64,000 bases of DNA. Origin: Bugula neritina. Lineage: Eukaryota; Animalia; Bryozoa. This document shows positions 39,571-53,200 of the stretch, in pieces; the stretch's first letter is position 1; every line of letters begins with the position of its first letter. Both the position numbers and the translations under genes were made by a program. The notes below the pieces were generated by a model. The model had not been told where the DNA came from. It worked only from the letters and a program-made list of their open reading frames with translations, and ran no database searches. The stretch covers positions 5,218,729 through 5,282,728 of the forward strand of contig OZ037770.1 in the NCBI GenBank assembly GCA_964035545.1, in the 5' to 3' direction.

Positions 39571-42500
39571 TCAGAGATTAAACTTCCTACGGCTGGTATC
39601 CATTTCATGTCTCTTGTGCATCCATTCATATTCACCGAACTTGGAGTCAAACGTCCCCTTCTGAATAGAACGCAGTTTGAGTGTGAATCTTGGGCCAAGC
39701 TCGTGCAAACCACACTTCTTCTCATTGCGGAACTGAAAATGATATACAGTAGTAGTAGTAGAGCAGTGTTTGAACTATACATTATAATATGCAATATCAT
39801 TTGTAATATAATACAGCAGCTTCTATTGAAGTAAAATATTTTATATAATACACAGATATCTATTTAAAAAGAAAATACTGATCTCCAATGGTATCTGGAT
39901 TATTGAGTACAAACTTGATATCTCCAGTTTTTAGCTAGTTTCACAATTTAGTTGCTAATGTATATGTCTTCTTTGTCCTATTCTAAGAAAATTTTAATAA
40001 GTATGAGGGCTTTATCAAATTTTGCTTGAATTCCTATACTTGAACCTAATCTTTTATTGAATTGGGAGATGAGGACCAGAATGAAAAACACCATCATAGT
40101 TCGTATAAATATTTAGCTTGTATTACGACAATGATGCTGCATTTCAAGGTTGGAACTTGGAACTCCCAACTCTAAATCTCCAAATTGGAGAATCTCTCAC
40201 TACTGCCGTGTTGAAGATCTAATGCACTCAGTCACCTGCAACTCGGAGCTGCTTGTAGAATGATTCAACTAAAACCATCATTAGCCCAAGTTCTAGTTCA
40301 TTATTTCTTGGGAGGGGGGACTGGGGTGCTTGCTACATTTTATTCAATCTAAAGGAAAGATGCTGCCATTTTCCATTACCTCTAAACCAATGGGGTTTCT
40401 CTACCACAACTAATCTAATAACAACTGTATCTCACCTGATATCTGTGATGTCTAAAGAAGATGAAGTCTCTTTGATTGTGAAATGTGATGACCCTGCGAC
40501 CATTGAACTGAGGGTCATGAGGGAACAGCGAGGCAAACATCCTTCCCACGGTCAGCCCTAGCCTTGTGTTGAAGTTGTTGAGTATTACCTCTGGAAGATG
40601 GGACGTCGTCTCCCCAGCCTTCCTTATTTCAGTCTGAAACGAGAAACATCATAGCAAATAGCTATGGAGATGCTGGATTACTTATTGTTTATGTGTACCC
40701 TCAATATAGCTATAGGTAGTCCACCAGTATGTCTCACATGTTAGTTGAAACATATCTTTACAACAGTGTGATAACATGTAATAGCCAATATTAACTAAGG
40801 CCATTTCCCTATATTATCAATATGCAGTCAACTACATACTATGACCTTGTTACATAATAGAATACAAGTATGTCAGGCATCATAACAACTAAGCGACAGG
40901 AAGTAACAAGAGAGGACAACATCATATTGAATCAAAACCTATATTTCCCAAATAAGTGAAATTAAACTAGCAAGTATGCTACAGAAAAAAACTTTAAATC
41001 TTTCATTTAACATGTAGCAGAAAATCAACTGGAGAGAGGACTGCATCATTATTACTATTTCGTGTAAAATTTTACGATTGACCTATTTAAAGAAGCGTTT
41101 GACCGAGGAACAAGACTCACTCTTATTCTGGAAGTGGTTAGTTTGAAATGCATTGTGGGTCCGTCTGGTATGTGAGAAATAACCATCCCATTCGGTTTCT
41201 TTCTATCCTCATTGATCACTATAACGTCTGTATAATTACGCTCTTTGGCTTTCAGTATGATCTTCTTGAGATCTTGGTCGTGTCTGCTGAAGAACTCAGA
41301 GTTGGGGATGGTTAGGGCCAGCTGCTTACAGAACACCTGGTGAGTAGACAGAGAGATGTGTGCTACTTGTATACATACACATCTAATGGACTCACTACCA
41401 GCATGTGAGAGACTAGACGGCAGAGGGAAGACAACTTAGAAACAAACTCCTCGGAATATTGCAGTACTACTCTCACTAACTTACTATTCAAGCAAGATAC
41501 TCCTAGAGGGAGACAGAGTGTAACTCACCCTGGTGCGAACACACGGCTTATCAGAGGTGGTGATGAGTATTTTAGGCTGAGTTTCTCTGTTGAAGTAGGG
41601 GGCCAGTTCATCCGTCATTTGATCAGCCAGTACCTGCAGGAGAGATCACTGGTTACACTACTAACTGTATTACTAGCTGTATTACTAGCTGTATTACTAA
41701 CTGTATTACTAGCTGTATTACTAGCTGTATTACTAGCTGTATTACTAACTGTATTACTAGATGTATTACTAGCTGTATTACTAGCTGTATTACTAGCTGT
41801 ATTACTAGCTGTATTACTAGCTGTATTACTAACTGTATTACTAGCTGTATTACTAGCTGTATTACTAACTGTATTACTAGCTGTATTACTAACTGTATTA
41901 CTAGATGTATTACTAGCTGTATTACTAGCTGTATTACTAGCTGTATTACTAGCTGTATTACTAACTGTATTACTAGCTGTATTACTAGCTGTATTACTAG
42001 CTGTATTACTAGCTGTATTACTAGTTGTATTACTAACTGTATAACTAACTGTATTACTAGTTGTATTACTAGCCCTATTACTAACTGTATTACTAGATGT
42101 ATTACTAACTGTATTACTAGTTGTATTACTATTTGTATTTCTAGCTCTATTACTAACTGTATTACTAGTTATATTGCTAACTGTATTACTAGCTGTATTA
42201 CTAACTGTATTACTAGTTGAGTCAGTCTACTTCACTTAGTACACATCAGCAAATCATGACCAAAAATTAAATTTTGCCAAAAATTCATTAGAGTTAACCA
42301 CATGGAACAACTTTATGCGTTGATTCTGACTACACACAGCCAAAACAGCTGGGAGAGGGTTCCATAGGTACAACATTAAAGCATAACGTTCTGTCACATG
42401 AGTTAAATATATATATATATATACATTATGTGCTGACCGTGATGAAAAATCACCACAGCCATTAATGATTATTAAATTATTGAATACACAGTAAACTCGT

Positions 42501-45500
42501 GTGATCTACTCATCATATCTGTAGCAGTAATTCAACACCCATTGGCTTGCTACTGAAAAACTAAAAATATACTTTCCAATTATATGAGAAGTTGTCTTCT
42601 TGTGTATCAGCATTAAACTATAGCAAAGTACATCCAAAACGCAAGAATATTCAAATTTGTTTTTTACCCACTAGTAACATAAACCATACTTATACAAATT
42701 TCTTCAGCTCAAAAATCCTTCAAAAATTTACATAGTTTATGTCACCTAAACTTGAAAAATAACTTTGTTGAAACAGTAGAGAGCAGCCGTGGTCTAGGGG
42801 TTTCGCTTACTAATCACAAAGTAATGGGTTCGAACCCGACAAGGGCCATTGGCGATGTAAGGAAGAGCATCCAGTCATAATTGCTCCTGTGCCACATTTG
42901 AATAAGTCCTTAGCTCAATTTAAAAAATCTCCTTCCATCAGGGTTTCTCACAGGGATAGTGACTATAAACTTGCGTGAGTTTATTTTTGTTTAAACATCA
43001 AAGATTTTAATTTTAAATCTGTAACTGTGTGTATTATACTTTGAAAAAAGAAGACAACTGCCATAATAACTGAAATACTGTCTTGTCAACTCACCTCTTC
43101 ATCGTCGTATGTCATGGTCTCATCATACACTCTCTGATTCTCAATAGTCTTGGGCACCTTCTTCTCCACCGCATCTTCACCTACACACAACACACAATAT
43201 CTACAGCGATGGAGCTCAGTCTATCTGCTGTAATATGACTCGATATTCAATAACAGAGGAGACGAGTCAAAATAGAGCAGAAAAACTTTTATTATGTCAA
43301 ATTTATTTGAAACAGATTTGAATCTCAATTTCATGAGCCTCAAAAAATATTGCCACATGAAAAGTTACCAAGGCAAGGTCAAAGGTTCATAAACAACATT
43401 CCAATGAGAATTATATAAAGCAGCAACCGGCTAAATAATTAACAATTGCCAGCATTTAAAGTAAACCTACTCTCAAATTAGAATTGAATATCAAAATCTT
43501 GTTCAACGCTTCGTACGTACCTTGTTCTTTTACCAGCTTCTTCTTAGCCTTTTTTAATTTGGACTTGGCTTTTGATTTTTGATGCTTCAGCTGTTTGAAG
43601 AGTTCTTGTCTTCTCTTCTTATTCCGTATGTTGGACAAGTTTCTGGAGGAATAATCTACTTCTGCTTCCATTCCTGATCACAATAGAACTTTCAGTTATT
43701 GAAAGATATTACTGAAACTTTTGCATATCAATAAATAGTAGGGAGTTGCATATTTTAATCAATATAGTATTTTGTAGCATGTAAAATATTGTGAATGAGT
43801 TCCCTAAAAATATGATCATTTAGCCTTGCATAATGACTTCATAGAATGTCTTAACTTTTCCTTATTAGGGAATTCCTACCATGGAAAGTGTTTTAACGAT
43901 ATAAAGAGAGAAAAGGCCTTAAAACTAGCTGTCAGCTCACAAGAGATGAACATATTCCAGGACTCATTAGATAGGTAAATAGGCTTTAGTAATACTTGCG
44001 TCATCAATGTAAAGGTTAACTTGTTGTCCCAATAATTTACTAAATATTATCTAACAATTAGAAAACTTAATATTTTATACCTGTACCATTCACCGTGCTA
44101 AACTAATTCCAATTAACTTAAATATCAAATGTATTGCAAACTAACAGTTACCTACTATGTTATGCACAAAGTAAATATTATTCCATAATCATGAATAAAT
44201 AAATATCTATAATCGTGTCGTCCTTGATCATGATTACTCTGTTTGCTTTACTATGACTATTTGAGAAATGATGTAAGTTTATTGCAGTTTATTAGAGTTA
44301 GTAGTGAGAGCCATGCTCAGCCCCCTCCCCCCCCCCCCCCCCCCGTGACTAAATCTGTGGTGAGTTTAACCTCATATTGATAGATGCAATGACAAAGTAA
44401 ATCACTAGATATGTTAAACAGTCACTTTTGTCTTATTCTTTAGAGTTTAGAAGTTCAAAGTTGACAGAACCAGTGAAACTGAGTATTATGACAAAATTAT
44501 GTTTATACTTGGATGACATGGAGGACAACTACCAAATTATAGACTACTATCAGTAAGAAAGCAACAAGGAATTTTCATTCATACTGCATGTTAATTACAT
44601 TTTATACTTACAGAAGGTATGATTGATTGCCTCAGTAAGAATACAGTAACACTAACAGTTGGTTCTAAAGCCATAGTTAAACTATCAGATAGTAATAGAT
44701 AGCATAATGATCATCGAGTCACTATTATGAGTCAACTATCAGGGGTAAACTATAACTTATACTTATCCTACTGTTATTAGACATATGAGCCGGGCCCATG
44801 TCCAATGGCTACACACTCAAACTATAAGTATAACTAAAACTAAATATAGGCTAAGTATAAATATCACTAATACTATACTTAGTTACAATAGTATAGTAAT
44901 ACAAATACGAATACTAAATAGCCACTATTTAGATATGCTCAAACTAAAGATGATAGTAATTTATACACTAAGAGTAAGTCTAACTATTTATGAGTAAGAC
45001 TTATCTGACTAAACTTTTACTTTGAGCTTTAAATCTCTCAGTATTTGCTAATTAGTTATGGATAATTAATACCAACAGTTACTAGTTAGTGTTACTATTA
45101 GACACAGTTCACCATCATCCATCAACATGATAAGGATCACTAAATGACTACAAGTACATTGAATAATTTATTTAGTACTATTACTACTCATGATAATTTC
45201 CAATCTATCAGAATTTGCCAGGCTCAAACTGAGTCTCACTCTCAGATTATTATAACATTCAAGTTGAGCTTGAATTTTGGTTTTAGTTTGATTTTTAGCA
45301 CTGGGTTAACCTCTATACTTCAAGTATAACTTCACTTGAACTATAAGCTATGGTATAAATATTAGTTATAGTTATACAAATATTTATACTAACAGTAATA
45401 CTGTTAGTATTGTTGTTAAACCTGAAGTTATTCATAATCATTATCACTTTTACTTCATTGTAATCATAATGTGATAGACTATTTACTATAGTTTTACTTT

Positions 45501-47038
45501 AAGTTAACTTTAGAGTTTAGTCTTCAAGTTGATTAGTATTACTATTAGTATTAGTATCACTTATTACTTATTAGTCAAACTTGAATAAGTGGAGTTTATA
45601 TTATAACAATTATAATACATACAGAATAAAAACAAATTAGTACAACAATAATCATGATGAACAAGGATTATAACAAATTAATTATATTTAATGAACTATA
45701 AGTATTAGTGTTAGTATACTTATAACTATAGGATTTGATTTTAGATTAAGAATAAGTCACTGATGCTAACTGTCAGTAATAATAATGGTATAACTATAAG
45801 TATAATTATACTAAGACTATAGTCTATAAGTATTAGTATAGTCATACTGTATACAATCAGCATACTACTAGTGCTAGTACCAGTATAAACTAAAACCATA
45901 AAGAATACAAATAATATAAACTATTAGTCACACACTCACAGGTGTTACTACTTACTATTAGATTTACTATAAGTATGAAATTAACTCATGATCAAGTATA
46001 CCTACAACTACGAGTATAAGTAGAACCTGAGGCTGAGCCATTAGGCATTACGATTCAGGCTAGATTTAGTTTTACCATAAGTGATAAGTCCATAAGTCTA
46101 ACATAAGATAAATTTTAGTTATACTTGCAGTTATACTAAATCTAATACGTATACTTGTAGCAGATAAGACTAGTACTAGTACTCAAGTAGACAATCAGTT
46201 CATGATGTCAATGATACTGATGGTCATAGTATTACTATCAGTATTCCTTTATCAGACTTAGTATTATATTAGGACTTAGTAAAACTAGATTATTAGTATT
46301 ACTATTACTTGTTCAAGAAGTAGAAGTAAATTAAGATAAAAACTGAGACTTAGATTACATAGATAGACAATATGAATATGATTATCAATCATTATCACCA
46401 TTTTGATTATGGTTATGACATTATAATTATGATATTGATTATCATCATCATTAATTTTAAAGTTAATATTTATACTTTAATTTTAGGTTTCAACTTGATA
46501 ACTTAAACTAAAACTTAAAGTGAATCTTTATTTTATACTACTAGTACTAGTAATACTAATAGTAATATAATCACTATTACTATTACTGTATATAGTATTA
46601 GTATTACTATTAGTATTAGTATTACTAATACTAATACTAATAGTAATACTAATAGTCAGTAATACTAATAGTAATATTTATACGTTATTACTAATAGTAC
46701 TACTAATAGTAATGTTATACTGTATGATTAAGTTATGATTAAGTATGATTATTATTATGTATTCTGATTATGATAAACTTTTAGTTTTACTTCAACTTGA
46801 ACAGTTTAAGTTCAACTAGTTTAAGTTAATACTAATAGTTATACTTAAACTTATAGTTCATTAAATGATTAATTGATTAAAATACTTTATTATAATTATT
46901 TGGAGTTAAAAAAAAACACACGCGTCTTCGTACTAAAAAGTGAATAATAATCAATAAATAATGGGAATAGTGTTCTTAAACTTTACTAGGATTGGTTTTA
47001 CCTTTGTCTTGAATTGGAAGCTGATCGTTAGCAGCCAT
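39571..47038 (-). CDS. RPF1: Ribosome production factor 1 (Brix domain), multi-exon
   Basis: Exon 1 at 47002-47038 ([13 protein letters not shown]) is phase-compatible with 43521-43673; later exons encode [60 protein letters not shown]; stop 39571-39573. Confidence 0.88.
41659..42218. repeat. 12-bp minisatellite (CTGTATTACTAG)n in an RPF1 intron
   Basis: Direct reading. Confidence 0.95.
42780..42972 (+). mobile_element. tRNA-derived SINE
   Basis: A-box-like GTGGTCTAGGGG, B-box GGTTCGAACC; further copies on the minus strand at ~60177-60383 and ~62971-63516. Confidence 0.75.
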
Positions 47039-47266
47039 GCTGATTCTTGATAACACAATTACTTTTTGCAGAATGTTTTTGAAGTAAGTCGCTAAAATAT
47101 ATAATAGCAAAACGTTCTGCGCACAGTTTACAAGTTTCTGTTGAATCAATAATAAAACGTATTCTAGTTCGAAGAACAAAGGCTAGTGAGCTAAACATGA
47201 CGTCAACGGGCGGGTCATTCAATTTCGGCGTGTAAAAGAACCGTCCGTCTGCAAATTGAAATTTAC
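47039..47266. promoter_or_regulatory. Probable bidirectional promoter between RPF1 and BRCA2
   Basis: Short CpG-containing gap between divergent first exons; CRE-type TGACGTCA and GGGCGG near 47198-47214. Confidence 0.5.
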
Positions 47267-50200
47267 ATGTATCATTCGATTAAAGTTGCTATTTCGACTG
47301 TAGTAAAAGCAAACTTAGGTAACACTTGCACTATTACTGATTCTTTTTATTTTCACTATTTAAGAGAAGATTTATAATTCCATGACTGTGAAAAATTAAG
47401 TTATTTGTATTTCAATTTTAAAATTATAATTTAAATTACTTATACTTATACTAATGTTATACTTATAGTTATACTATTAGTATTACTATTAGTATTACTA
47501 TTAGTATTAGTATTAGTATTACATTACTATTACTATTAGTATTACTATTACTATTTGAGTATTAGTAATAATATTACTATTAGAATTAGTTATAAAATTA
47601 AAATAATGATGATACTTTTTGTTTTATAAATTGAAATTATCAATTTTAATTAGTATTACCCAACAGTAAAGTTCTGTGAGTGAGTAGCACTAACTTTAAG
47701 TCAGTAAGTGACTAACAGTAACAATCAGTAACATTAACTCAGTAACCGGCAATCTAGAAGTATTAGTATCAGTATGATATTGATTAGCTGTAAGTGTATC
47801 AGTATGACTATGAGACTGAGTAACCACTATCACTATCAGTATCACTATCAGTATCGGTAACACTAATAAGTGACTAATACTGTAAGTGTAACAGTAATAC
47901 CTATGCCTATGGTTATAGTTATACTAACACTGACAGCAGCAGAACCTCTAACTCTAAGTTTAACTCTAACGCTTACGGCCTATGGCTATGCTAATGAATA
48001 ATATATTACATTTATATGTGATTCAGATTAACTCATTATAAAAATCGTCACGTTGAGTGAGTGTGACACAGTATGAGTATCAGTATGAATATCAGTATGA
48101 GTACAGTGAGTATGAGTGGTGACTGGTGACCGTGTTATTAAACCATAAAATTCTGATTCAATCTGGGTATCACACTCACAGTCAAACTCAATATTATAAT
48201 CCACATTCATATTGTGGAACTGATTGTCACTGTGAATGTCATTGTTATTGAATTTGATAACAATTTTGAACCATAATCATGATCATAACATTGCTGTCAA
48301 TTATAATGATAATCATTCATTAGGTTTAGACTTTTAGGCTACATGGCATTGGCTGTTCTTTAGATTCTCGTGTACTTCGAGTTGTTAAGGTTAGTAAAAC
48401 TAAAGTATATGTAATCCTGTGAAATTCAATCAGAGTCAGAGTAATACTGAACTTGAACTAGCAAAGTAATCTGATTCCTCCATTAGTAATGTTATTAATA
48501 TCAAGCATTAGCTATATTAAATATTACAATTATATAGCTAATTTTTTATAAAGTTAACGTAATACTTAATGTTATACTATTGCTATTAGTATTATAACAA
48601 CTATAAGTAGTAAAGTATTAGGCATCATTATTTTTAAGTTTGTGAATATCAGTATCAGTATAAAATTTTCAACTTTCAACTTGAAAGTACCTTGGCCTTA
48701 TAGTTATTAGTATTACTATCACTTTTAGTACCACTAATAGATTTACATTAAACAAATCATATGCATTACGTAAAGGAAGATAGTCATATTTGATTATTCA
48801 TTCTTGAAGTTTTCTGTTTATTGTTTCAGATTTGCTTCAACAACCTGTTTTGCAGTTGAAAACTAAACCAAGTCAAACTGAGCAACACCAATGTGAACAT
48901 TTCCCTCACCCTTCATGGAATGGTTGTTTGAGGTAGTCAATGCGATTTAAATGCTTTTATTTGAATGGCTTACTTTCTCTTATAGCTAACAGAAGTGTAA
49001 GCGACCCCATGTAGTCATGACGTCAACTGAATCACGTTCAGAAGAAAGACAAACTGCATTGTTTATTTTTGGTGCTTTTTCAATCAGGTCATGTGATATT
49101 ATGAGCTGTTTTATGCAGCTGATTTTTATAATGAATAGTTATTTTTTGCAGGGTTTTTGTAATGTAATTGTTTTTTTTTTTTGTATCATGGCATATAGTA
49201 TACAAAGCTACGTTGTAACTGTATCTGGTGAACACGTTATACATTTCTCTGTCTTAAACATTACATTTCAGACTGAATTCGACAAGACTCCGTCCTGTAA
49301 GAAAGTAACTTCTACTCCCTGCACAAAGGGAAAGTCCAAGACTCCACACGTAACATTCCCTTCCAAGTAAGAACTCTTCCTACTCCAAGAGAGTTCATTA
49401 CCATCTCTGATTACTGTACTTCTGTGGCTTTATCAGCAATATTTTGTATCTTCCTATTACCTAATTATACCTGTAGATAAAATAGTGTCAATTTATCAAT
49501 CTTTCTCAAGCTTTATGCAAAATCTGTGCCACCTTCACTTTTACCTGCTGACACTTGCTAGCCCCTGCTAACGTTTGCATGCATTTGTTGACACTTTCTA
49601 TCACCTGCCTGCACCTGCTGACACTTGTTCATGCTGCATACTATATTGTAGTATCACTCCGGTGGCAGTGAAGCAGCTTTTTCAACTGACCGGTAGTCGG
49701 CACTTAGACCAGTACACCTGGACTTCCTCACTGGCTACAAACTCTTGTCTGGAAGGTAAATACCTTCTCCCTAATTTTTCTGTTGGAAAATGTTGAGTCT
49801 GTATGTTGCTGGTATGACACAGTGGTGCAGCCTCTATGTAATGTGTCATCATATAATCTGTTCAAGATAATTTGTTTGGGACAGATTGTTGTTGGTGCAT
49901 TAGTATTTTATCACAATTTTGTGTCCTTTGTATTGCCATTATCTAAATTAAAGTGTCAAGAAGCTATGTGAGATATGTTAGTATTATAGTTGATCTTCTT
50001 TCCTGTGTTAACTTGCAGAGTCTGATGTAGCTTCATATGCTGACACCAGCGACAGCAAATTCATGATTAAGGTAATCTTCCTGATCACTTGGCATTGTGG
50101 TTGTGAGTTTATGGTTGGGGATTTGTAGAATAGTCAATTGTCATCATTGCAATCATTTTACTAGTTAGATAGTTTTTCTAACTTCATCAAAACTGCATCA

Positions 50201-53200
50201 CATTTTTGTTGTTGACGTGAATAAAACTCAAGTGAGGTGTTTTCAGTATTATCGAAAGTTGCTGTTATTTCAGCCAGTGTTGCTCAAGTTGACGGAGTTA
50301 TCTGCTCTATTGTAGCCTGAAGAAGAGTCTCTGAGCCTGTTTAGCTCGTGGGTGGATGAACCTGGGTCAGAGAGTATGAAAGATGATTGTGGAGCCAAGG
50401 CTATTGGTGAGTAAGTTATACGCCCTCAGAAGAGGTATGGGCATTATATTACAGTCATATAACAATCGTATTATGGTCATATTACATTTATATTACAGGC
50501 ATATTACAATTATATTACAGTTATATTACACTCATAAAACATTTAAATTACAGTTATATTACAGCTATATTACTGTTTATAGTATATTTTTATAAATTAC
50601 CTATATTATACACTGGTACTGCAGCTATAAAAGTATTTTGTACTTCAGTCATGCGCTGTTAATAGACAGTGTGATGGTGACACTTTCTGATTAAAGTTGT
50701 CTGCACTCTCTTGGAATACTTTCAGTAGTTTCCTCTTCACATGTTGTATTTACCTGTCGCATGTTGTTATGCATTTAAAATATCTCCGTGAGAAAACAGC
50801 TTTTCTTTTGTATAACTTGTAACAACGTAGCTCTATCTGTTTGTCCCTTGATAGCAAACATGGTCTCTATTTCAAACTAATGAGTCTGTGTAAAGCAGCA
50901 GCTAGAGATATCAATCAGTAGTATTATGATACAGATTATGCTGTATGTTTCTCCTTTTTAGATCCTCTTTCCCCTGTCAGACCGTCCAGAGATTCTCTCT
51001 CGGATCTTCTCAAAACTCCCCCTTCATTTAGACTGAGGCCCAAGTCCTTCAACGTGCCCAAGAAGAGGAAGCTGGTCTCAGACGGTCCCGCAGACGACAT
51101 CCTGTCCGGGCTGGTCGACCAACCGGCTACCAGCTGCAAGGAAACCTCCACCCTCAAGTCAAGTGAGTCGAAGTTGGCCGACGAGGAAACCGGAGCGATG
51201 TTAGACGACTCCCTGGAAGAGTTTGTTGACATTGAAAGTGGCAGCGTGATAGCAGCTACTAGCATTGCTGCCACATCTGTCACAGGTACGGCATCACCTG
51301 GTAGTTTACCACACTTGGCAGCGTGGGTAGCAGTATGTGCAGCATCATGTATTGTACTGGTCATGTGACTGTCACATGCCTCTTTCTATTCACATGTAGG
51401 TACTTCTGCTTTATTGTGTGTCAATCAGGGTTATTAATTACCTGTCAAGCTGATTGGATGGCATTCTATTATATTACGCAGTATGTTTACTATATTACAC
51501 AGCATGTTTAGTATATTATACAGTATGTCTACTATATTACGCAGTATGTTTATTATATTACATAGTATGTTTACTATATTACACAGCATGTTTACTATAT
51601 TACACAGTATGTTTACTATATTACACAGTATGTCTACTATATTACACAGTATGTTTAGTATATTACACAGTATGTCTACTATATTACATAGTATGTTTAC
51701 TATATTACACAGCATGTTTACTATATTACACAGTATGTTTACTATATTACACAGTATGTCTACTATATTACACAGTATGTTTAGTATATTACACAGTATG
51801 TCTACTATATTACATAGTATGTTTACTATATTACACAGTATGTTTACTATATTACACAGTATGTCTACTATATTACACAGTATGTTTAGTATATTACACA
51901 GTATGTCTACTATATTACACAGTATGTTTACTATATTACACAGCATGTTTACTATATTACACAGTATGTTTACTATATTACACAGTATGTCTACTATATT
52001 ACACAGTATGTTTACTATATTACACAGTATGTTTATTATATTACACAGTATGTTTACTATATTACACACTCCGTTTAACAGCTCAGTATTAATTACTACA
52101 GTTATACTAATACCAAACCGTATCTTGTGGCTGTATCACCAGATATTCAATCAATTCTTGACTGGAGGTTCATATTCCAGGTTCTGTTTTAGCAGACAAC
52201 AGAGAGATAAATGCTCCATTAGCCACACCCACTAAACACACTCCCATACACCAGCCAGCCTTCTACCACTGCAACAGTAACAAAGGCACGACAACTCCCC
52301 GCAGTAGTGACAAAGATGAGGCAACTCCTAACTCCAAAGGTTTGTTTAGAAGTGTTTCAGTTGTCTCCCCTGTTTGCATATACATAGTGGAGGCATAGGT
52401 GTTAGTGGAACTATATCTGAAGGTGTGACACAAACATTAATGATAATTATATTAATGTAATAGTATCATTTACTTGTGCTGAATATAACCTCATATTGAA
52501 TTTAGTCATTTATTTTTATAATTTATTAATACTATTTAATTGTTATGCACTTGTCTGCCATCAATACTTAGAATTATGCGGTTGCCATAGTGATAGTAAT
52601 AATCAATTTTGTATAGTAACCAATTTGAATTCAATTATAATTCATGTTTGGAGTGACAAGTAGACTGCTATATAATTAGTTTAGGACGGTGTGTATGTGA
52701 TGGTATTATATATGTTATGTTGCATGAATATTGCTTTAAGTTGCGTTTATACCTTCATGATTTTCAGTCAGAAATTTAATTTGGCCGAGTTGAAATTTTT
52801 CCGAGTTAAATTGCATTTTAAAAGCCACTCGTAATAATTTTTGTACTGTGATAACTTAATCGGCTGAGTTCAGAATAATACTCAACATGAGCAATAACTT
52901 CTTGCAAATATCATTATTTAGTTATTACTTTAGCGATCAGATGACGTACTTAAATGTGAATAATTATATCGCCTACATCTTCTCAATTACCACTTTTATG
53001 CTGTCAACTTCACTAATGCAAGACGTTTACAAAGGGCATCAACTAGCGAGTAGGCGAGTCAGATTTCACTTTTAAAAAGTAAGCTTCCATCTCAATATGA
53101 TTTCAACGATTTTCAGTTTGATTATAAAGGGGTACTCCAACAAGTGTCATTAACTGAAACTCTGTAATTTTTTCAGCAGAGGTATAAATGCAACTTTTTA

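Noticed and set aside
41619-42044. Hydrophobic VLLA-repeat ORF
   Set aside because: 12-bp intronic minisatellite, antisense to RPF1
42780-42850. tRNA gene
   Set aside because: Has A/B boxes but no convincing cloverleaf, and continues into a body shared with other dispersed copies, so it is a SINE
51434-52235. Three 210-250 aa repetitive ORFs
   Set aside because: 21-bp intronic minisatellite
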